64,000 nt of DNA from an uncultured Planctomycetota bacterium (GTDB taxonomy: Bacteria > Planctomycetota > Planctomycetia > Isosphaerales > Isosphaeraceae). The notes under the pieces were generated by a model. The model was not told the DNA's origin. It searched no databases and saw only the letters and a list, made by a program, of their open reading frames with translations. Positions 43,370 to 54,022 of the stretch are shown piece after piece. The position numbers and the translations under genes were made by a program. Where the stretch lies: positions 352,001 through 416,000 of the forward strand of contig CAWJTV010000028.1 of NCBI GenBank assembly GCA_963845755.1. Direction: 5' to 3'. Position 1 is the stretch's first letter, and every line of letters starts with the position of its first letter.

Positions 43370-43853
43370 TGCTCGTCCCTCCGCCACTCCCATTGGGATT
43401 TCCATCGCAAACGCCCGCGCTATGTTAACACATAGTCGGAGAGTCGTTGTAGCAGGTGCTCTCCACCCAGGCTGACATCGCCCGAAACCTGAAGATCGCC
43501 ATTCCTGACCTGAGACGAGGCATCAGGAAATTCCCTATGTCTTAATAAGGATATTCGGGGTTTGAAAACGCCAATCTATTCGTGGTAGCATAGGCAGCGC
43601 GAGAGAGGCAAAGAGGCGTAATGAGACGCTGGACGTCTGGTTAGGCGATTCGCCAAGTAAGAGCGACGTTGAACGCCGAGTTGGCCTCCGCACCATCGCG
43701 AAGACAGCGGCACCAATGAGGGATCAGTACTCGGAGCGATGGGCCGAGGGCACCCGGGAGCCCTGTCGCGATCCGGTGGCGCTCTTGTGATCCCGTTAGT
43801 CGTGGTCGGCAAGGCAGCCGGACGGAATGCAATCGGACGGTAGCTAACATCCC

Positions 43854-44903
43854 ATGGGAGCTGACTCCATGATTCCTGCCATGCATCCCTCTCCATTCAC
43901 ATCACCGCCCACATCCGAATGCCTTGAAGAAGGGAAGCGATATCGAGGCCTTCCACGCGACGAGGTGGAACGGTTGGCCGCCCGGATCGCCGATGGTGAT
44001 CGCGAGGCTCGAAACCTCTTGGTCAAAGCGAATCTTGGTTTGGTGAGGCAGGTCGCACGCCGATATGTCGGCCGGGGCCTGGCGATCGATGATCTGGTGG
44101 GTGAAGGGAACCTCGGACTGATCCGTGCGGCCGAGGAGTTTGATCCGGGGGTTGGGGCGTCGTTCAGTACTTATGCCACCTACTGGATCAAGCAATCAAT
44201 CCTTTCGGCCGTGATGAATACGGCCGATACCATCCGTGTCCCAGCGCATGTCTTCCGCCTCCTGACGCGATGGAGGCGGACGGAGCAATCGCTGGGTCTC
44301 GCGAACGGCCGGCCGCCGAGCTACGAGGAGGTCGCATCCGAAATGGGATTGAACGACCATCAGAAGCTCCTCGTGATCAAGGCCCTCCACGCCAGGGATT
44401 TGCGATCGGAGAGCGTCCTGCCGGGCAACTCACGTCCCTGGTCGGCCGGGATGACGAGAGAGGGCCATGAGGGACCAGAAGACCTGCTCGAGGCCGATGA
44501 AGAACGGAATGGTCTGCACCAGCGGCTGCGCCGGCTCGACAGCCACGAACGCGCCGTGTTGATCCTGCGCTACGGCCTGGGCGACGATCGGCCGATGAAG
44601 CTCCACGAGGTCGGCCTTCGACTGGGACTGTCGAGGGAGTGGACGCGCAAGGTTGCCGACCAGGCACTCCGTAAGCTTATCGACAGCTTTGCCGCGAATC
44701 ACAACGGGATCGTCGGGGACGCGCAGAAACCCACCCGACGGCGGGGATCGAAAACCCTCAAGCGTCTGAAGGCCGCTCCCCGATCGGTGGCCGGCCACGA
44801 GACCACGGTCGAACCGACTTCTTCTGAAGGCAACCTGGGTCGCCTTTGTCCCGAGGCCCCTCCTACGGTCCAGGACAGCGCCGGCCTGGGACTCTGCGGC
44901 TGA
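43854..44903 (+). CDS. Sigma-70 family RNA polymerase sigma factor (RpoD/RpoS-like alternative)
   Basis: LVKANLGLVRQVARRY, DLVGEGNLGLIRAAEEFDP, FSTYATYWIKQSI, LRYGL...LHEVG..LGLSRE. Confidence 0.9.
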   Translation: MGADSMIPAMHPSPFTSPPTSECLEEGKRYRGLPRDEVERLAARIADGDREARNLLVKANLGLVRQVARRYVGRGLAIDDLVGEGNLGLIRAAEEFDPGVGASFSTYATYWIKQSILSAVMNTADTIRVPAHVFRLLTRWRRTEQSLGLANGRPPSYEEVASEMGLNDHQKLLVIKALHARDLRSESVLPGNSRPWSAGMTREGHEGPEDLLEADEERNGLHQRLRRLDSHERAVLILRYGLGDDRPMKLHEVGLRLGLSREWTRKVADQALRKLIDSFAANHNGIVGDAQKPTRRRGSKTLKRLKAAPRSVAGHETTVEPTSSEGNLGRLCPEAPPTVQDSAGLGLCG

Positions 44904-45535
44904 TCGCCGCTTCCCGCTGTCATCGCCCGTGAGAACAGCGCACGCCCTCTCGATGACACGACGGGGACCCGCGTCCGAATTCCATCCCTACGACTCGCAA
45001 AAACGTGATTAGCCTACCGAGGCCCTGAGTCATCTTGTTCCTCCATCACTGCCGATCGATCCTCCTTCCCCATAGCTCGATCTCGGCGACAAACCTACCT
45101 ACCGTCTTCCGTGGTCTCCGGGACATCCGGAAGTTGCTTGAACCTCCATCCTGGAGGCTCGAGCGGTTTTCGGAGCAGTTTCTGAATTTCTCGGCTCATG
45201 AGCCAAATTGAGTAACGACACGCGCCCGCAGATCCGTACAGTGGGTAAAAATCACGAGCCGGTCTGCGTTTATGGTGGGTTGAGCCCGGCTAGGACCAGA
45301 TGGTCATGCCTAATTTTGGACCATGAGCCAAACCTTGCCGTCGAGCCCAAGCGTCATATATTCTTTGGGTCAATGTTGAAGTCGGGCATGAATTAGGATT
45401 CGAGCCTCGATCACGGGCACGACTTGCGAAACCCGGAATAGTGGCTCTTTTCAACGAGCAGCGGTCCTCTCTGATCTTGCTATTGATTGCCGATTGGTTT
45501 AGCCTTTGTTTGAACACAAGCTGGATTGACTTTTT

Positions 45536-45799
45536 TCACTTACGAATCATTGCAATGGAGAGTGCAAGCACACTAGTAAACTCGAATGCAATCGACGCGA
45601 TTGGGGTGGATTCGTGTAGGTCCAAGTCCATCTGGAGAGCGTCCCCTTGTTTGGTGTTCGCGGTGTACGGCCTGTCCTGGAAGGAGGTTCTGAACCAACA
45701 CCACGATGTGGAGCGGTCTTTTGAACCCCCGAACGGGAGCCCACGTCGTGATCTTCCCAGTGAACCCGTGAAATCGTTTGTGTGCCGCTTCGCCTGCAT
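45536..45799 (-). CDS. Possible small hypothetical protein
   Basis: Strong SD gggagg upstream of ATG; hydrophobic C-terminus; no recognisable domain. Confidence 0.25.
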   Translation of the reverse strand: MQAKRHTNDFTGSLGRSRRGLPFGGSKDRSTSWCWFRTSFQDRPYTANTKQGDALQMDLDLHESTPIASIAFEFTSVLALSIAMIRK

Positions 45800-46248
45800 G
45801 TAATCGCCTCCCTGTCATTCTGACAGTATGGATCGAAGCAGGGCGGGAAACAACATACCGCTATATATAGCAAGATATAGTTAACATTCGGACAGCTCGG
45901 CCCATTCTGTGTCGAGACTGGAAACAGATCCTCCCCGGACAGCAATCATCCTTCGTATTCAACTCGTGAAACGAGGCCGTTGTGACCGTCACGCGCAGTG
46001 AATGGGGAGGCGTCCCGTCGCGGAGTTCAAACGGTGCGACCAAGGGCTCGGAGGCACTTACCAGGGATGACAATACGGCAGTGACCGAGTCCACGTGAGC
46101 TATCGATTGGGAGGTTCAAGCGTGCCTGTAGTCAAGAGTTTCGGAAACGATACGAGTGGAGGCATGGATTCCATCAGTCATTCTTCCAAATCCCAGAATA
46201 AAATAAGTGACATCAAGACCTGCTTGGGAGAGCGAGGTCGAAATCATC

Positions 46249-48461
46249 ATGGCGACGATTCTGGTTGTTGACGACCGGCCGGAGAATCGCGAATTACTCG
46301 TCGAGATCCTTGGCTTGTCGGGTTACGAGTTGCGCGAGGCGGCCGACTGCGCCGAGGCCCTGATGATCACGCGGCGCGACCGCCCCGACCTGGTGATCGC
46401 AGATATCCTCACACCGAGGATGGACGGCTACGATTTCGTGCGCGAGGTGAGAGCCGACCGCACGGTTGCCTCTACCCCTGTGATCTTCTACACGGCCATC
46501 TATCGCCAAAGCGAGGCACGACTCTTGTGCAGAAATGCGGAGTGACCCACTTGCTGGCGAAGCCGGTGGTTCTGGAGGAGGTCCTGCGGACGGTAGCCGA
46601 GGTTCTGGGCACGACCCGAAATGAGGAGACAGCCCCGACCGCCGGTGAGATCGAACGCGATCATGTGCGACTGCTCAACAACGCAATGTTGGAGAAGGTC
46701 CGTGAATTGGAGATGGCCAACCATCGCCTGACACGGCTCATCGATCTCGGGAGATCACTGGCCCTGGAGGGTGATCTTTGTCGGCTGCTGGACCGATATT
46801 GTCGGTCCGGGTGCGACATGATCGGAGCGCGCTATGCCGTTCTGGGTGTGCTGGAGGAAAATGGGGAGGGGTTTGACGACCTCATGACCCACGGATTCGA
46901 CTCCGAGTCGGCCATCCGGCTGGACGGCCCATCGCCCGGCGAAGGTCTGCTGCGCCGCGTCGTGGTCGGAGGAGTGCCCTTGCGTGCCGGCGTCGGTGTC
47001 CAGGACCGTGTGCCGTACTTCTTCCCGGGTCATCCCCTGGCCGGAGCCTTCCTCGGAGTGCCCGTGGCCACGCCAGGGCATCGATACGGGGTGCTCGCAT
47101 TCATCGATAAACTGGGCAACGACGAATTCGACGCCGACGATGAAGCGTTGGCCGTAAGTCTGGCGGCGCAGCTTGCCGTCGCGTACGAAGGCACGCGCCG
47201 TCAGACCGAACTCGCGCGGGGTGCCGCCCGCCTCGAACGTTATGAAGAACAGTTGGCCATCCTGCGACGGATCGATCAGGCGATCCTTTCGGCAAATCAG
47301 CCCCGAGAGCTCGCTTCCGCCGTGGTGCGCAATCTCCGCCAGCTCCTCGGCTGCTGGTCTGTCGGAGTCTGGGTCTTCGACTGGGAGACCCGGACGGCCG
47401 AGCGCCTGGCCTCGGAGGGTGCGACCGAGCTATTGCTGCCCCCGGGTACGAAGGTGCCCCTGGACGCACTCGATGTCCGAGACCTCGAGGCCCTCAGCGC
47501 GGGACAGGACCGGATTATCGAGGACGTCTCGCTCTTGCCCGAACCGGCTCAGACGATTCGGATGCTCCAGACGGCTGGGCTCCGGTCGTACACCCGGATT
47601 CCGCTAGCCCTCGAGAGCCAGGTGATCGGCACGCTCGTGCTGAGCTCGGACCAACCCGGTTCCCTCGATGCGGAACAGCTCGGGATCGCCCACCAGGTTG
47701 CCGATCACCTGGCGATCGCCATGCGCCACGCGCTGCTATTTCACCAGGTGCGTACGGGAGGCGAGCGGCTGCGCACCCTCTCGCACCAGTTGCTCAAGGC
47801 CCAGGAGGAGGAGCGCCGCCGCATCGCCCGCGAGTTGCACGACGAGATTGGACAGTCACTGACGGCCGTGAAGATCAACCTGCAAGGGGCGACGGGCGGC
47901 AAATCGGCAAGGTCATCCTCGAGCTATCTCCGCGAGAGTGTTGGGCTGATCGACGTGGTCCTGCGGCAGGTGCGCAACCTCTCGCTCGACCTGCGGCCTT
48001 CGGTGCTGGACGATCTGGGGTTGGCGGCCTCGGTGCGATCGCACCTGGACCGTACCTCGAGGCGCGCGGGATTCGTCGGGTCATTCGCGGCCGACCCTCC
48101 GGAGATCCGCCTGTTGCCCGAGATCGAGACCGAGTGCTTCCGCGTCGTCCAGGAAGCCCTGACGAACGTGGTGCGTCATGCCGGGGCACGACGGGTGGAA
48201 GTCACCTTGTTCCGGCGCGGCGACCTCCTGGAGCTGGTCGTCCAGGACGACGGGGCGGGATTCGACGTCGCCGCGGCACGGCGGCGCGCCGCCCGCGGCG
48301 GCAGCCTCGGGCTCCTCGGCATGCAGGAGCGGGCCGCCCTGCTCGGCGGCGCGATCACCATCGAAGCCGTCCCCGGCCGCGGCACCAAGGTCCACCTGCG
48401 CATCCCCCTGGCCGACCCGGGATCGTCGAGAGGCCCTGAAGGCGAAGAGGAACCCCGATGA
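46249..48461 (+). CDS. Hybrid sensor kinase: REC + 2 GAF + HisKA_3/HATPase (NarX/UhpB type); frameshift near 46530
   Basis: ILVVDD...DLVIADI; EEERRRIARELHDEIGQSLT; FRVVQEALTNVVRHA, DDGAGF, GLLGMQERA. Confidence 0.9.
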
Positions 48462-49111
48462 CCGCCATTCGCATCCTAATCGCCGACGACCATACGCTTC
48501 TCCGCGCCGGCCTTCGAGCCCTGCTCGAAAACATGCCCGGCGTCGAGGTCGTCGCGGAAGCCGGGAACGGCCGGGAAGCTCTGGCTGCGGTCGAGGCCCA
48601 TCGGCCAAGCGTCGTGCTGACCGACATCGCGATGGCCGAGATCAACGGCCTGGAGCTGGCCGAGCGGCTGGGCCGCGACTTCCCCGAGATCAAGACGATC
48701 ATCCTTTCCATGCACAACCAAGAGGAGTATGTCTGCCGCGCCATCCAGGCCGGCGCGGTCGGATACCTCGTGAAAGACTCCGGCACGGTCGAGTTGGGCC
48801 TGGCGATCCAGGCGGTCGCCCGCGGCGAATCCTATCTGAGCCCGTCGGTCTCCAAACACGTCATCGCCGACTACCTCCGCCGCACCGGCAGCGACCCGCA
48901 CGGCCATGGCCTCCTGACACCCCGCCAACGCGAGATCCTCCGGTTCATCGCCCTCGGTCAGAGCACCAAGGCCATCGCCCGAACCCTGGGCATCAGTGTC
49001 AAAACTGTCGAAACCCATCGCGCGCAGATCATGGATCGCCTCGACATCTACGACATCCCCGGGCTGGTCCGGTACGCCATCCGCAACGGCATGGCCGACC
49101 TCAACGCTTAG
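48458..49111 (+). CDS. NarL/FixJ (LuxR-HTH) response regulator
   Basis: ILIADDH, LTDIAM, LTPRQREIL...ISVKTVETHRAQIM; ATGA overlap with kinase. Confidence 0.95.
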   Translation: MTAIRILIADDHTLLRAGLRALLENMPGVEVVAEAGNGREALAAVEAHRPSVVLTDIAMAEINGLELAERLGRDFPEIKTIILSMHNQEEYVCRAIQAGAVGYLVKDSGTVELGLAIQAVARGESYLSPSVSKHVIADYLRRTGSDPHGHGLLTPRQREILRFIALGQSTKAIARTLGISVKTVETHRAQIMDRLDIYDIPGLVRYAIRNGMADLNA

Positions 49112-49143
49112 AGGAAAGCCGGCTCGAGATCGGGGATTTTCTG

Positions 49144-49711
49144 ATGCGTCCCTCAGAAAGCTCCCGAAGGACAGTCGCTGTTCAATTGGCGACAATCCTT
49201 CGTGGGCAAGAGCGACGAATCGACCGAATCATGCAGCGACTCGACCAGGGGCACCCGATGCTCGCCCGCGTGCCCTCACTCGGTCAAGATGAGCGGAAGA
49301 CTTCCCTCGGCGACGGAGTCGAAGGCATCGATGAAGAAATCCAACTCGCAACGCATGCGTACTGGCGGGAGCCCGTCTTCCCGTCGATGGTCTGAGTCGG
49401 CTGGCCGCGGGTTCTCGCGACCCGCGCCCTCCGGAAAGACGTCCGCCTGGCCCGGGCGCGGCACTAGAGGAGGGCTCGAACCGTTTGAAGACGAACCGGA
49501 CTGGATTCGCCGAGAGCTCCGTGCCCTGACTCTTGACTGCGATCGGGCAAGTTCCTATCTCGCGAAGCCCGGCTGCAACGTCGTGTTGGGGATGGCTCAG
49601 TTGGCGCGGACCATGTTCAAGCGCTCCTGGATTCTCCGTTTCCTCCGAGATGACCGATCTCCCTGCGATGGTCGTGCCAACCTGTCCGCCGAACTCCGCC
49701 GGCCGATCTGA
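49144..49711 (+). CDS. Hypothetical protein(s), probably one frameshifted gene
   Basis: Two consecutive coding-like segments in different frames (MRPSESS...ERRIDRIMQRL; ...DRASSYLAKPGCNVVLG...). Confidence 0.35.
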
Positions 49712-49842
49712 TCGTAAGGGAGGAAGCCGTGATCGCCCGAACCGAACCCCGGGCAACGACCAGCGAGGGTCCGCCCCTCGCCGCCGACAAGGACGTCGCA
49801 TGTCCCCATGGGTCATCGGCGACCTTCCCCCGAGGAGGGCTC

Positions 49843-50214
49843 ATGCGACCTTGTCGAATTCTCCTGGTCGATGAGCATCACTTACTCCTGGAAGTCCTCA
49901 ACCGGTTCCTCGCGGAGGTTCCCGGAATCGAGGTCGTCGCGTGCGCCAGCGACGGCCTCGAGGCGATGTCGTTAGCGGTCGCGCACCAGCCCGACCTCGT
50001 TGTCACCAACCTGGCCCTTCCCGGTCTCGGCGGCCTGGAGTTGACCCGCTCCCTGGCCGCGGGGCCACGTGCACCTCGCATCGTCCTGATGTCGTTCCAC
50101 GACGAGTCCGAATACCGCCTCGCGGCCGACGCAGCAGGTGCCGACGGATTCATCCTCAAGCAGGAACTGGGCACGAAGCTCGTACCGATGATCCAGTCAT
50201 TCATGGAAGAATGA
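49843..50214 (+). CDS. Stand-alone receiver-domain protein (phosphoacceptor Asp replaced by Asn)
   Basis: SD gaggag; ILLVDEHH...PDLVVTNLALPGLGGLE...GADGFILK. Confidence 0.82.
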   Translation: MRPCRILLVDEHHLLLEVLNRFLAEVPGIEVVACASDGLEAMSLAVAHQPDLVVTNLALPGLGGLELTRSLAAGPRAPRIVLMSFHDESEYRLAADAAGADGFILKQELGTKLVPMIQSFMEE

Positions 50215-50367
50215 AACGACTTGCAAGACCCAACGAATTCGCCATCCACGCCGGCGCGGGATGCGGGCTGCATGGCGAGCAATCGGCGGCGATCCCTCCT
50301 CCTGGGGTCGGCTCGGCCACTCTGGGAGTCCAACCCCTGCGGTCCACAGACCCGAGAGGAGGTGACG

Positions 50368-50796
50368 ATGTTAAGAAGCCAACGGAAGGAACAGCTCGGG
50401 ATCACGCCAACTCCTCCGATCACCGCCGAGGACGACAGTCCCGACCGTCGAACTCTGCTCTACCTGCTGAGTTTCGTGCTGGCGGGCGTCGAGGGGATCC
50501 GTTCGACGCAAATGACTCCCACGCCGACGCCGACTGAATGGCTCGAGCGCTGGGACGATGACGAATACACCTATCTTGAGGCGCGGATCCCCGGCGACGA
50601 TTCGGAACTGGAACTCGACCTGAACGTCGATAACGGAGTCATCTTCGCCCGAATTCGCCGTTCGACGCGCGGACTCGGTTGTCGAGGCCGGCCCAATCCA
50701 CCCCGAGCGCCCGGGGCGGGCGGGCGAGGTGCGTGCGTGACTTGGAGACTGGGGCCCGGAGCCGGGAGGCTGGCCGATTGCGTCGGCAGGGCATGA
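50368..50796 (+). CDS. Hypothetical protein with partial Hsp20/alpha-crystallin-like segment
   Basis: SD gaggaggtg; WDDDEYTYLEARIPG..SELELDLNVDNGVIFAR. Confidence 0.5.
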   Translation: MLRSQRKEQLGITPTPPITAEDDSPDRRTLLYLLSFVLAGVEGIRSTQMTPTPTPTEWLERWDDDEYTYLEARIPGDDSELELDLNVDNGVIFARIRRSTRGLGCRGRPNPPRAPGAGGRGACVTWRLGPGAGRLADCVGRA

Positions 50797-50847
50797 GCTT
50801 GGCCGCGGGGGCAAGGAAGCTCCCAGGCCGCCTCATCGCCCCCGGGC

Positions 50848-51357
50848 CTATTTCGCTGCAGTTACCCCGCCGGGCGCGCCCACCGAATCGTCCATCGGGT
50901 GTTCCCAGCGACAGATCATGTCGTAGTCTTCCAGGCGGAAGAACCAGACCGGGTTGCGGCCGAGAAGCGTGTAGCGGACCAGCGCGGGCGACTCCGCAGG
51001 CTCAAGATGCAAGCGAACTGTGAACTGGCGCGTGTTTTCGACATCCGACTGACCGAGAATCGCGAACGAGTTGAGCCGCTGATCGGGCCGCCGCTGTTTG
51101 TCCAGGAACTTCACCGAGCTTGAATCGAAGGAAGCCGGCAACGGCGACGGGGCGTCGCGCCGTGCTCGGGGCCGATTCCAACGCCTGACGCGCCTCGGTC
51201 CAACCTGGCAGGTATCCCGGCGGAGCCGGAGGTTTGTTCCACGCGTTGCAAGCGGACGTGCTGATGGCCCCCATCGCATAGAACGCCGGGTTGCCAAGCC
51301 CGCGAATCGGCATGAGGAACATCGAGGATTCGACGTCGGCGTCGTGAGGTTCTTCAT
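50848..51357 (-). CDS. Uncharacterised lipoprotein, paralogue 1 (divergent from Cu operon); two compensating frameshifts near 51280 and 51165
   Basis: Rebuilt ...ISTSAC...EARQALESA..WRDA...FLDKQRRPDQRLNSFAILG...RQFTVRLHLEP...YTLLGRNPVWFFRLEDYDMIC. Confidence 0.65.
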   Translation of the reverse strand: MKNLTTPTSNPRCSSCRFAGLATRRSMRWGPSARPLATRGTNLRLRRDTCQVGPRRVRRWNRPRARRDAPSPLPASFDSSSVKFLDKQRRPDQRLNSFAILGQSDVENTRQFTVRLHLEPAESPALVRYTLLGRNPVWFFRLEDYDMICRWEHPMDDSVGAPGGVTAAK

Positions 51358-51556
51358 GGCGAGGAGATCCGGTCATGCGTTGCCGAGATCGGGTCTCGGA
51401 GATTTTCCGCAAGGCTCCTTGCGATTCTGACCGAACTGGGCTAGATTTGGAAGATTGAGTGCTCCAAGTGGTTCCCAATCCAAGTCTGTATCGACTCCCT
51501 TTTCGCCGGTTGGATCCGGGACTCCACGTCCCGGATCGTTGGGACGATCCATCGCA

Positions 51557-51998
51557 ATGTTGCGCTTTCACGCTCGTCGATGGTCAGGCACCGCCGCCGC
51601 GGCATGTTTGATGCTCGCGACCCTGGCCGCGCTGTTACCAGCGGAAGCGCGCGGGCTGCGATCATCCATGGGTTAAGCGTACGGTCCTATCCGATACACT
51701 GAATGACCTGAGCGTCCTCGCGCCGGTCCGTCAAGGGTCAAGTTCCGATTCCGGTTTCCCCGACGAGCCCCGGCGCCGATCTCCATGCGCGGGGGGAATG
51801 TGTTCCCGATCGCCGGACATGCCGATGACCTCCCCGGACTCCACTCCGGACCGTGTCGAGCTATGGGGCAACCTGCCTGACAGTTTCCAGCCGAAGGCCC
51901 CTGCATTGACTGCGGCATGCCCCTTTCTGGATCGCCCGCGTCCGGCTAGGACGCTTCGACCTATCGAACGTCCTCCGCGCATGATCCCCCCCTTTTGA
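51557..51998 (+). CDS. Putative secreted leader/uORF (CutF/CruR-like): signal peptide, Cys motifs, C-terminal ERPPR; frameshift near 51650
   Basis: MLRFHARRW...LAALLPAEAR(A)G|CDHPW...PCAGGMCSRSP...PIERPPRMIPPF; joining needs one indel in a (gc)n run. Confidence 0.62.
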
Positions 51999-52334
51999 TT
52001 CCTCTCATCTCGTGGACTCAGCTGGTCGGATGACCAAGGGTCGGATTCTTGACTCGCGAGGAATGACACCCTCGACGAGTCGAAAGGCCCGGCGTGTCCA
52101 TGTCGCAACATTCCTGACGTCTTTATTCGACCGAATTCTCGGGGCGTGATGCGTCCACGGATCGACGATCGGTCGGTCCCCGACCGTGCCGACGCGCACG
52201 GATCCCGCCCTTGTACCCCGGACTGGTGAGTACGTTTCGTTTGTGATTCATCTCGTATCCCTGCGAGCTGGGGGATGAGCCCGGTCTGGTCATCATCGTT
52301 TTTTTCGATTCTTCGTGCTTGAAGAGGTGCATAA

Positions 52335-53370
52335 ATGAAAAAGTTTCGAAGCGGTTTCACGTTGATCGAACTACTCGTGGTCATCGCCATCATCGCCGTC
52401 CTGATCGCCCTCTTGTTGCCCGCGGTCCAGGCGGCTCGCGAGGCCGCGCGCGGGCGCAATGCAACAACAACCTCAAGCAGATCGGGCTGGCCTGCCACAA
52501 CTACTTGAGCTCTTTCCAGTGCCTGCCCTTCGGCAAGGGTGCGAGCTACACCAATGGGGCGCAATACTACGCTCGCTGGTCCACCCACAGTCAGCTCTTG
52601 ATGTACATCGAGCAAGGGACTCTCTTCAACAGCATCAACTTCAGCCTTGCGCCATCAACGCCGGGCATGGCCGGTGATGTCGCGTTCATGCCCCCGTACA
52701 CGCAGCCGGAGAACCTGACCAGTTCATTGACCCAGGTGTCCGCGTTCCTCTGCCCGACGGACGCGACCGCGCCGACTCCCGGCTGGCCGGGCTGCAATAA
52801 CTACCTCGGCAACATGCAGACCTGGGCCTGCGATCTGGGAGATAATAACCCCTCTCAGGTTTCCCCGGGCGATGCGCCCATGGGATCTTCTACTTCTGGA
52901 GCTCGGTGGGTCTCGCCAAGATCACGGATGGCACGAGCAACACGGCCTTCTTCAGCGAAAAACTGCGAGGCAACGGGACGCGAGACGGCGACGCCCGCTC
53001 CGACTCGCTGATCACGGCGGCGCCGACTAGCCTGAATGCTACCTTCCAGACGTGCACGAGCACGCCGCTGACCGCCTTGCGGCTCACTCACGCCCAGGGC
53101 GCAAGTTGGGTCATGGGCGAAATGTGCTGCACCCAGTATAACCACGTTTCCACTCCGAACACCAAGACCTGCGCCGGGCTGGGTTTTCTCAACAGCAACA
53201 TGGCCAACATGCCGATGCAGGTTCCCCCTTCGAGCAACCATCCGGGAGGCGTGAACGTCCTCTTTGGCGACGGAGGCGCACGCTTCGTCAAGACCAGCGT
53301 TTCGCTCGTGACCTGGCGCGCCTTGGGCACGCGGGACGGGAACGAGACCATTTCCTCAGATTCGTATTGA
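52335..53370 (+). CDS. DUF1559 protein, Met/Cys-rich; frameshifts near 52450 and 52885
   Basis: [51 protein letters not shown]...|ITDGTSNT...[12 protein letters not shown]. Confidence 0.9.
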
Positions 53371-53381
53371 CGGGGGCTACC

Positions 53382-53846
53382 ATGCGAATTCTCTGGAACG
53401 AGCCTCGGCCGGCGATTCTTGCGGCTCTGTCACTGCTCCTCCTCCTGGGAACGGGGGGATGCGGGACCGGCAAGAGCGAGGGTTTACCCTCGGACGATGT
53501 AGGACGCCGGGCGCTCGAGGCGGCGCTAAACGTCTGGCGCGAGGGCGGAAAGACCGGGCCCGTGGCGGGCATGGAGCCTCCAGTCGAGGTCCACGACACG
53601 CCCTGGAGCCTGGGCGACCGCCTGTCCTCGTACGAGATCGTTGGCGAGACTAAGAGCGCCGCGGAGATGAGGTTCACCGTCCGGCTCTCGCTCGCCAAAC
53701 CGGAGCGGGTGCAGGAGGTGCAGTATTACGTACTCGGCCGCGATCCGGTGATGGTCTTTCGCGATGAAGACTACCAGCGGAATATCAACATGGTAAACGG
53801 GCCGTCGGTCACCAAACCCGCGAAGTCGGGGAAGAGACGACGATAG
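53382..53846 (+). CDS. Uncharacterised lipoprotein, paralogue 2
   Basis: Lipobox TGGC; RRALEAALNVWR...GDRLSSYEIVG...RFTVRLSLAKPE...YYVLGRDPVMVFRDEDY. Confidence 0.75.
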   Translation: MRILWNEPRPAILAALSLLLLLGTGGCGTGKSEGLPSDDVGRRALEAALNVWREGGKTGPVAGMEPPVEVHDTPWSLGDRLSSYEIVGETKSAAEMRFTVRLSLAKPERVQEVQYYVLGRDPVMVFRDEDYQRNINMVNGPSVTKPAKSGKRRR

Positions 53847-54022
53847 CGCCCCCAGAGGGATCCGCACTCCTGGCACAGCCAGGGTCTTGTCCGCGTGGGG
53901 TGCGAAACCGCCGGACTAGCCACAGGCCGGGACAACTCTGTCACGCGCGATGCGATCGACCGGCGTGACACCACCGCTCGGCGCATCCGGAATGGCGACC
54001 CGGTTATCGAAGGGGACAACCC

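Noticed and set aside
44904..46248. ncRNA or genes in the lower-GC spacer
   Set aside because: No recognisable RNA family or protein motif; only one weak ORF (45536-45799) with an SD
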